A stretch of 64,000 nucleotides of DNA from Oscillospiraceae bacterium (lineage in GTDB: Bacteria > Bacillota > Clostridia > UMGS1810): contig SVKG01000001.1 of assembly GCA_015068565.1 (NCBI GenBank), positions 2,710 through 66,709 on the forward strand, given 5' to 3'. Under the pieces are notes generated by a model, which saw only the letters and a program-made list of their open reading frames with translations, ran no database searches and was not told the origin of the DNA. A program made the position numbers and the translations under genes. Below are positions 57,894-64,000 of this stretch, piece after piece. Within the stretch, counting starts at the first letter, position 1, and each line of letters begins with the position of its first letter.

Positions 57894-59306
57894 ATGAAGG
57901 ACAAAAAAATCAGTTTTGTGCTGGTGTTTTTCAGTGCGCTTTTTCTGTTGCTTATAGTGTATCTTACGAGTATAGAGATTCTGTATCGTGACGAGTATTC
58001 TTCGAGCAATCTCAACTCCCGTTCCCTTATAAAGGAAAGTTCCGTTATGCGCGGTACGATTTACGACCGCGAGGGCGAGATACTTGCATACAGCAAAATC
58101 GACGGCGACGTGCAAAAGCGGTACTACCCGCATATAGAGTTGTATTCCCACGTTATCGGATACTCCTCAAAAACATACGGAAAGTCTTTTCTTGAAAAGA
58201 CGTATAACTCCGCCCTCTTAGGTGATGACGGCATCAGTGCCGTGTTTAATATTAAAAACATTTTAAAGGGGGAGATGAGTCAGGGTAACAATCTGCATCT
58301 CACCATAGACCACCCCACACAGAAAAGGGCGTCGTCGCTTATGAGCAGATACCGCGGTGCGGCGGTTGCGCTCAATCCTGCCACGGGCGAGATTATCGCC
58401 ATGGTGAGCAAACCTCACTTTAACCCTAACGAAACGTACCTTACCCGCAGTTGGAGCAGTCTTAACGCCAATGAAAATTCACCCTTTTTAAACCGTGCCA
58501 CCATGGGACTGTACCCGCCGGGGTCTACTTTTAAAACCGTTATTGCCGCAACTGCATTCCAGAAAGGGCTCACCGGTTTTATTGCAGAAGATGCTGACGG
58601 CACCTTTACCGTTGACGGCTACACCATTGCCAATACAAAAAATGCCTCCTACGGCGAAACGGATATGGAAAAGGGTTTTATAAAATCGAGCAACGTATAC
58701 TTTGCCCAACTGGGGGCGTCTTTTACAGACGGGGATTTTGAAAGACTGGGTAACTCATTTATGTTTAACAAAAAAATCCCGTTCAAGTTCCCCACTGCCG
58801 TAAGTAAGTTCCAGACTTCAAAAATGAGCGAAGCAGAGAGGGCGGCAACATCTATCGGTCAGGGTAAAACTTTGATTTCCCCCCTGCATCTTGCAATGAT
58901 TACAGGCTCTATCGCAAACGGCGGTGTTATGATGAAGCCTTATATAGTTTCAAAACTCACCTCACCCGGCGGCACAACTCTTGAAAGTGTAAACCCATCG
59001 TCGCTGGGCAGTGTTATCTCCAAGGACGCGGCGGATTATGTAAAAGGCCTTATGGTTACGACTGTTGAAAAAGGCACAGGTACTAACGCCCGTATATGGG
59101 GCATTGATGTAGGCGGTAAAACCGGTACTGCGGAAAACGAGAAAACCGATAAAGACAAAGAAAAAACCCACGCAATGTTTGTTGCCTTTGCCCCGGCAGA
59201 GGACCCGCAGATAGCCGTAGCAGTGGTGCTTGAATACGCCGGATCAACAGGCGGAAGCATAGCAGCCCCCATAGCAAGGGAGATTATAAGGACGTATCTT
59301 GATTAA
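57894..59306 (+). CDS. class B penicillin-binding protein (FtsI/PBP2-type D,D-transpeptidase)
   Basis: 470 aa with an N-terminal TM anchor and the SxxK (STFK), SxN (SSN) and KTG (KTGT) motifs. Confidence 0.85.
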   Translation: MKDKKISFVLVFFSALFLLLIVYLTSIEILYRDEYSSSNLNSRSLIKESSVMRGTIYDREGEILAYSKIDGDVQKRYYPHIELYSHVIGYSSKTYGKSFLEKTYNSALLGDDGISAVFNIKNILKGEMSQGNNLHLTIDHPTQKRASSLMSRYRGAAVALNPATGEIIAMVSKPHFNPNETYLTRSWSSLNANENSPFLNRATMGLYPPGSTFKTVIAATAFQKGLTGFIAEDADGTFTVDGYTIANTKNASYGETDMEKGFIKSSNVYFAQLGASFTDGDFERLGNSFMFNKKIPFKFPTAVSKFQTSKMSEAERAATSIGQGKTLISPLHLAMITGSIANGGVMMKPYIVSKLTSPGGTTLESVNPSSLGSVISKDAADYVKGLMVTTVEKGTGTNARIWGIDVGGKTGTAENEKTDKDKEKTHAMFVAFAPAEDPQIAVAVVLEYAGSTGGSIAAPIAREIIRTYLD

Positions 59307-59312
59307 AACATC

Positions 59313-59346
59313 AAAAAAGGAGCAATCTGAGATTGCTCCTTTTTTT
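59313..59346. terminator. bidirectional rho-independent terminator (PBP gene / cysK)
   Basis: 10-bp stem aggagcaatc (59318-59327) / gattgctcct (59331-59340), flanked by A6 and T6. Confidence 0.8.
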
Positions 59347-60274
59347 ACTCATACAAATCGCCTGAGAGGTATCTGTCTCCTCCGTCGGGGAGGAAGACTA
59401 CTACTGTCTTGCCTTGGTTTTCTGCCCGTTGGCAGACCGCTATTGCACTATGGAGTGCTGCTCCTGATGAAATCCCCACAAGCACACCCTCGGTTTTGCC
59501 CATCATACGCGCCATCTCGTAGGCGTCTTCCGTAGTGACGGGGCAGATTTCGTCATAAACCGTTGTATCCAGAACATCAGGCACAAACCCTGCACCTATG
59601 CCCTGAATCCCGTGTTTGTCCGCTCCTTTGCCGGAGAGTACCGCAGATTCGGAAGGCTCCACCGCAACAATCTTAATGTCAGGGTTTTGGGTTTTTAAAT
59701 ATCTTCCTGCTCCCGTTACCGTACCACCCGTGCCGACTCCTGCGACGAATATATCCACTTCACCGTCGGTGTCTTGCCATATTTCAGGGCCGGTAGTATC
59801 AAAATGCGCCTTGGCGTTATCGGGATTGGCAAACTGGTCGGGGATGAATGAGCCCTCAATATCTTTGGCAAGTTCTTTTGCTTTTTCAATAGCACCTGTC
59901 ATACCCTTGGTGCCGTCGGTAAGCACAACCTCCGCACCATACGCCCTCATAAGGGTTATGCGCTCTTTTGACATAGTATCGGGCATTACAATTATAACTT
60001 TATACCCCCTTGCACCGCCCACAGCGGCAAGGCCTATACCCGTATTGCCCGAGGTCGGCTCGATTATAACCGAGCCTTCGCGTATTTCTCCCCTCGCCTC
60101 GGCACCGTCTATCATCCATTTGGCGGCTCTGTCCTTGGCAGAGCCTGTGGGGTTCATAAATTCAAGTTTTGCTAAAAGTTTTGCTTTAAGGCCGTACTTG
60201 GCCTCTACATTTGCAAGTCGAATCATCGGGGTTTTGCCGATAAGTTTATCTGCACTGTCATATATTTTAGACAT
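59345..60274 (-). CDS. cysK: cysteine synthase A (O-acetylserine sulfhydrylase)
   Basis: 309 aa with the PLP-lysine motif NPTGSAKDR and the GTGGT loop. Confidence 0.9.
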   Translation of the reverse strand: MSKIYDSADKLIGKTPMIRLANVEAKYGLKAKLLAKLEFMNPTGSAKDRAAKWMIDGAEARGEIREGSVIIEPTSGNTGIGLAAVGGARGYKVIIVMPDTMSKERITLMRAYGAEVVLTDGTKGMTGAIEKAKELAKDIEGSFIPDQFANPDNAKAHFDTTGPEIWQDTDGEVDIFVAGVGTGGTVTGAGRYLKTQNPDIKIVAVEPSESAVLSGKGADKHGIQGIGAGFVPDVLDTTVYDEICPVTTEDAYEMARMMGKTEGVLVGISSGAALHSAIAVCQRAENQGKTVVVFLPDGGDRYLSGDLYE

Positions 60275-60299
60275 ATTCTCCGTCTCCCGTCAATGTTTT

Positions 60300-60327
60300 C
60301 AAAAAGCCACAGATTACTGTGGCTTTT
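60300..60327 (-). terminator. rho-independent terminator after the kinase gene
   Basis: Stem agccacag (60305-60312) / ctgtggct (60317-60324), with a T-run on the minus strand. Confidence 0.65.
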
Positions 60328-60349
60328 ATTGTTTGCTGATTATTGTGAT

Positions 60350-61437
60350 TTATACTCTGTCGTCGTACATAGTCATAGCATCCGCAATATCGTCAAATGA
60401 GTTGCATTTGCCGTTTTTAACATACAAATAGGATGTGGTCATACCGCTTACAAGACAACTCTTGATATCAAGCCCTGCAAGAAGTCCAGCGCAAAAGCCG
60501 GAGTTAAAGTTATCGCCGCCGCCGGTGGTCTTTTTGGGATTTTCGCAGAGGATTCCCTTAACCTCTACCTCACCGCCGTCATAAACTGCGGCAGAAGAGT
60601 CTACGGGATGGATAATAACCGTACCGATACCCGAGAATTCCTTTATCGCCCTTGCAACGGTCAAAGAATCCACATACTCACCCTCGCACAAAACATTATG
60701 CATAACCATTGCCTCGGTCTTGTTAGTCCGAGATATGTGGGAGCGTACTTAGAGTATCTGCCAAACATTTTAAGTGCAAGTTTTATCTCCTCTGCGCCTC
60801 TCTTGGCACAGTCGGCTATGTCTATATACACCTTGCGGTCTTTTTTGGAAAGGCGTGGCATAACCTCCTCCAAAAACTTCTCGTATATCTTATGGAAATG
60901 CACAAGATAACTCCAATTTACCAAGGTTATAATATCTGCCTCGTCAAAGATTTTTACCATCTCATCAACAGATATACGCTCTATAAGGTCTTCCCATTTA
61001 AGACGGCTGATTTTTTCAATATCGCTCATAATGATTTTGCCGTCACCGAACTCAAACACATAAGAATATCCCGGTTCGCTCACGGTGATGGTCTTGCAGT
61101 TGGGGTTGAGGTTGAATACGGGGTTTTTCTCAGGATATCCCATAGCACCCACACAGGTTAAGTCCACTCCCATATTGGCAAGGCCGTTGGCATAGTGGGG
61201 ACCGCAACCGCCGAAATCCGTACTGCTTACAGAAAGTTCGATATTACCGCTTACCCCTGCCAGGGACGAAATCTTGTCACCGAACTGGCCGATGGTGGAG
61301 TAATATGTACAGGTGGTCTCGTCCGTCCTTGTCTTAACGGGGCGGATAACGAGGTCCACAAACCCGTCAAAGCCCACGCAAACTTTTTTGCTGAGCAAAG
61401 TTTCTTTCTTTGCTTTGAAATTATCTGAATACTTCAT
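60350..61437 (-). pseudogene. PfkB-type carbohydrate kinase, frame broken by an apparent 1-nt deletion near 60724
   Basis: ORF 60661..61437 (N-terminal 240 aa, ..YSKYAPTYLGL) and ORF 60350..60709 (..NKTEAMVMHNV... with the kinase motif TTGGGDNFNSGF) join if one base is added at ctcggact|aacaag. Confidence 0.75.
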
Positions 61438-63616
61438 AATTTACCTCCGAAGCATTATTTTGTTTTTTAAGCACCTTTACAAAGGTGGCAAAATCTATCT
61501 CCTCATAGTCGGGAACAATACCTCTGTTCATCAGTTCATCTCCGCCGTAGGTCTCGCCCGTTACGGTGTCGGTGTATTCAAACTCGGGAGAAAGTCCGTC
61601 GAGGGTGAGTCGGGACTCCTTGGTGTTAGTGGTATTTAATATACGGCAACCAAAAACCAACGCCTCGCTCTTGTCCTTGGATACAATCTGCCAACTGCAA
61701 TAGTTACCCTCATAGGGACTCTGCAATCTGTACAAATCACCCGTGCGGACAAGGGTTCGCACACTCTTGCAGAACTCAGTGATATCCTTTATACTGCCAA
61801 TCTCATCGTCCGTCATCTTGGTAATGTCAAGCTCGTATCCGAACATTCCCGCAAGTGCCACATCCGCCCTGGTTTTAAGAGGGGTGTCTCTGTGTACCAT
61901 ATGGTTGGGAGATTCCGTTACATGGGCAGAGATTGTGCTCAAGGGGTAACAGATTGAGGTGGAATACTGAATTTTGAGACGGGCAATTGCATCGGTGTTG
62001 TCGCTTGTCCATATCTGGGGTGAGTAGGCAAGCATTCCCGCATCGAATCTTCCGCCACCTGCGGCACAACCCTCAAAAAGCACGTCGGGGAATTTCCTTA
62101 TAAGTGCATCAAGCACCTTATACAAGCCAAGGGTGTATCTATGGTTATATCCCTTGCAGGGCATATCCGCCATCATACGGTTATAATCCCATTTGACATA
62201 CACTATGGGCGCACAAGAGAGGATATCGCTCACGGATTTTACTATAAAATCACACACATCGTCTCTTGAAAGGTCAAGCATATACTGGTTCCTGCCAAGG
62301 GCGGGGGTTAAGTTGGGTACGCTTATTATCCAGTCGGGATGCTCACGGTAGAGGTCGGAGTCGGGATTTGCCATCTCCGGCTCAAACCACAGACCAAAGG
62401 AGAGCCCCTCATCATTTATCTTCTTTGCCAGTCCCTCTATACCCGAGGGGAGTTTATCTTTATTTACATACCAGTCGCCAAGGGAGGATTTGTTGCTGTT
62501 GCGCTTGCCGAACCATCCGTCGTCTAAGACAAAAAGTTCTACGCCCGCCTCCTTCGCTTTCTTTGCCATAGAGAGGATTTTTTCCTCGTTGAAATTAAAG
62601 TATGTACCTTCCCAGTTGTTTATGAGAATGGGTCTGTCTTTCCCTGCCCATTTGCTGAGGCAAAGGTTCTCCCTGTATATATCGTGCATCTCTCTGGACA
62701 ATCCGCCAAAGCCGTCACTACTGTATGCCAGTACCGACTGAGGTGTATAGAAAACATCGCCGGAAGCAAGTTTGTATTCAAAGCCAAAGGGGTTGATACC
62801 CTGGCGAACCCTTATATTGCCGTACTGATCGCACTCAGCCACAGAGGAGTGGTTACCGCTGTATATAAGGGAAAACCCGTAAACCTCGCCGTGTTTCTCG
62901 TTGGTGTCCTTACCGCAGAGCATAATAAAGGGATTCATAGCGTGACCGCTGCCGCCACGGGCGTTGGATGCTTCAACCTTACCGCCGAAGGGGATAGGTG
63001 TGCGGACAAACTCCCTCTCCCTGCACCATGCGCCGGGGAAATAAACAATATCAAGGTCCCGCTTATCAAAATCCACACTGGCACTGTATGCCGATTCCAA
63101 CGTCATATCCGAGTCGGATTTATTAACAAAACGGGTACTGCGCAAAATCACATCCTGCTCGTCAAAAACCGTATAGGAAAGCACCGCTTCAAGACCGATG
63201 CTCTCGTCGAAAAGGGTGATCTCCAATGTCTGTGCCGCCTTGTCACCTTTATAAACCGATGGCATACCCGCAACAGAAGCCGTTTCATTTTCTTTTATCA
63301 CAAAATCCTTATACTTTAACCGCGTGATGGTGTTGCCGTATTTGTTCTCCACCGTATATGCGGGAGAGCGAAGGTCTGTGTGGCCGTATTCGGGATATTC
63401 CCTGATGGCGGTCTCTGAATAAATACCGTCCAAAGCATTATCCCCGTCAAAACATATAAGTTTGCGGAATTCGTTGCCCACAGAAGCAGAATAGTCCTTG
63501 TCACCAAGTTTTCCGCCAAAGTGGTAATGCAGAAGATCTCCCGCATCACTTACGGTAAATATATAACTGATATTTCTTCCTTGCAGATGGAAGGTGTTCC
63601 CGTTTTTTATGATCAT
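61421..63616 (-). CDS. alpha-galactosidase, GH36 family
   Basis: Start set to MIIKNGNTF (GGAGG RBS). GH36 motifs KWDYN and DDGWFG. 731 aa. Confidence 0.85.
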   Translation of the reverse strand: MIIKNGNTFHLQGRNISYIFTVSDAGDLLHYHFGGKLGDKDYSASVGNEFRKLICFDGDNALDGIYSETAIREYPEYGHTDLRSPAYTVENKYGNTITRLKYKDFVIKENETASVAGMPSVYKGDKAAQTLEITLFDESIGLEAVLSYTVFDEQDVILRSTRFVNKSDSDMTLESAYSASVDFDKRDLDIVYFPGAWCREREFVRTPIPFGGKVEASNARGGSGHAMNPFIMLCGKDTNEKHGEVYGFSLIYSGNHSSVAECDQYGNIRVRQGINPFGFEYKLASGDVFYTPQSVLAYSSDGFGGLSREMHDIYRENLCLSKWAGKDRPILINNWEGTYFNFNEEKILSMAKKAKEAGVELFVLDDGWFGKRNSNKSSLGDWYVNKDKLPSGIEGLAKKINDEGLSFGLWFEPEMANPDSDLYREHPDWIISVPNLTPALGRNQYMLDLSRDDVCDFIVKSVSDILSCAPIVYVKWDYNRMMADMPCKGYNHRYTLGLYKVLDALIRKFPDVLFEGCAAGGGRFDAGMLAYSPQIWTSDNTDAIARLKIQYSTSICYPLSTISAHVTESPNHMVHRDTPLKTRADVALAGMFGYELDITKMTDDEIGSIKDITEFCKSVRTLVRTGDLYRLQSPYEGNYCSWQIVSKDKSEALVFGCRILNTTNTKESRLTLDGLSPEFEYTDTVTGETYGGDELMNRGIVPDYEEIDFATFVKVLKKQNNASEVNYEVFR

Positions 63617-63685
63617 ATACGAACCTCCGTCACGCATCTTATTCTTATATTCTCATTATAAAGTATTGCACCATTTTTTTCAAGA

Positions 63686-63719
63686 CAAAAAATCCCTTTC
63701 CGTTAAGTTGGAAAGGGAT
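63686..63719 (-). terminator. rho-independent terminator after the ABC ATPase gene
   Basis: 10-bp stem atccctttcc (63692-63701) / ggaaagggat (63710-63719), with a T-run on the minus strand. Confidence 0.7.
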
Positions 63720-63755
63720 AAATATTCAGGCGGTGACCATAGGAAGAATCCGCCT

Positions 63756-64000
63756 TTATCTTAAAGCGTTTATTATATCCTCTGCCAGAAGGGCGTTTTC
63801 AATAACCCCTCTTGCCATACGGTTAGCGGCAGTGGTGTAGAAATTATTGCCCGAGAAAAACTCTTTCGGTGTGCCACACGCCGTAATTGCGCCGTCAAAA
63901 AACATGGCACACCTGTCGGCATAGGCGGCACAAAACTCCATGTCGTGCGATACCGCCACAACAGTAACGCCTCTGCTTTGCAAATCAGCGATGATACGGG
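63756..64000 (-). CDS. ABC transporter ATP-binding protein (ECF/cobalt-type), C-terminal fragment; the 5' end lies outside the window
   Basis: The frame stays open to base 64000. The H-loop region ..VTVVAVSHDMEF.. and the C-terminal tail are typical of EcfA-like ATPases. Confidence 0.7.
   Translation of the reverse strand, partial: RIIADLQSRGVTVVAVSHDMEFCAAYADRCAMFFDGAITACGTPKEFFSGNNFYTTAANRMARGVIENALLAEDIINALR

Noticed and set aside
59616-60431. 271-aa plus-strand ORF antisense to cysK (similar cases: 24240-24893 antisense to proB, 62684-63319 antisense to the alpha-galactosidase gene, 20955-21515 antisense to pck)
   Set aside because: These are Ser/Pro/Ala-rich mirror translations of real genes with no independent signals. 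They are treated as spurious.

Overview
The window looks like a Clostridia-type Firmicute chromosome. This is inferred from PolC, an SLH S-layer protein, hisZ with a short hisG, a SpoVB-like flippase, a GTP-dependent PEPCK and sigma-A type promoters. No homology search was possible. It is almost entirely housekeeping DNA. In order it contains:
- the tgt 3' end and a sugar ABC importer;
- a DUF4364 / His15-less HPr-like pair, mtaB, and a tRNA Pro-Thr-Tyr operon;
- a complete yerC-hisZGDCBHAF(IE) operon in which hisD is broken by a 1-nt indel;
- a small XRE / RHH-like pair, an 857-aa S-layer protein, pck, and a U32 peptidase + O-methyltransferase pair;
- proB, coaD, rsmD, an Ogg-like glycosylase and RNase J;
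- a decayed IS200/RayT-like transposase;
- the rpmG-secE-nusG-rplKAJL cluster, where L10 carries an unusual Ala/Pro/Glu-rich tail;
- a glycine-riboswitch-controlled Na+/alanine-glycine symporter;
- a membrane-anchored NERD-domain protein;
- rluD-like, polC, ispG, a 135-aa P-loop protein, and a PrsA-like PPIase;
- prfB (with its programmed +1 frameshift), secA, comM/yifB, asnS, a PBP and cysK;
- a frameshifted PfkB-type kinase, a GH36 alpha-galactosidase, and the end of an ABC/ECF ATPase.

I found no CRISPR array, rRNA, intact mobile element or obvious multi-gene defence or novel system. The leads most worth a second look are:
- a tandem array of mini-hairpin + TATTTCAC units at 7946-8055;
- the repeat-built acidic tail on ribosomal protein L10;
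- the TM-NERD fusion protein;
- the His15-less HPr-like / DUF4364 pair;
- the mini P-loop protein;
- mutually exclusive hairpins upstream of ispG;
- the two 1-nt frame disruptions (hisD and the kinase).

Hairpin and promoter coordinates are hand-derived and may be off by a few nt. All functional calls rest on motif recognition from the translations.
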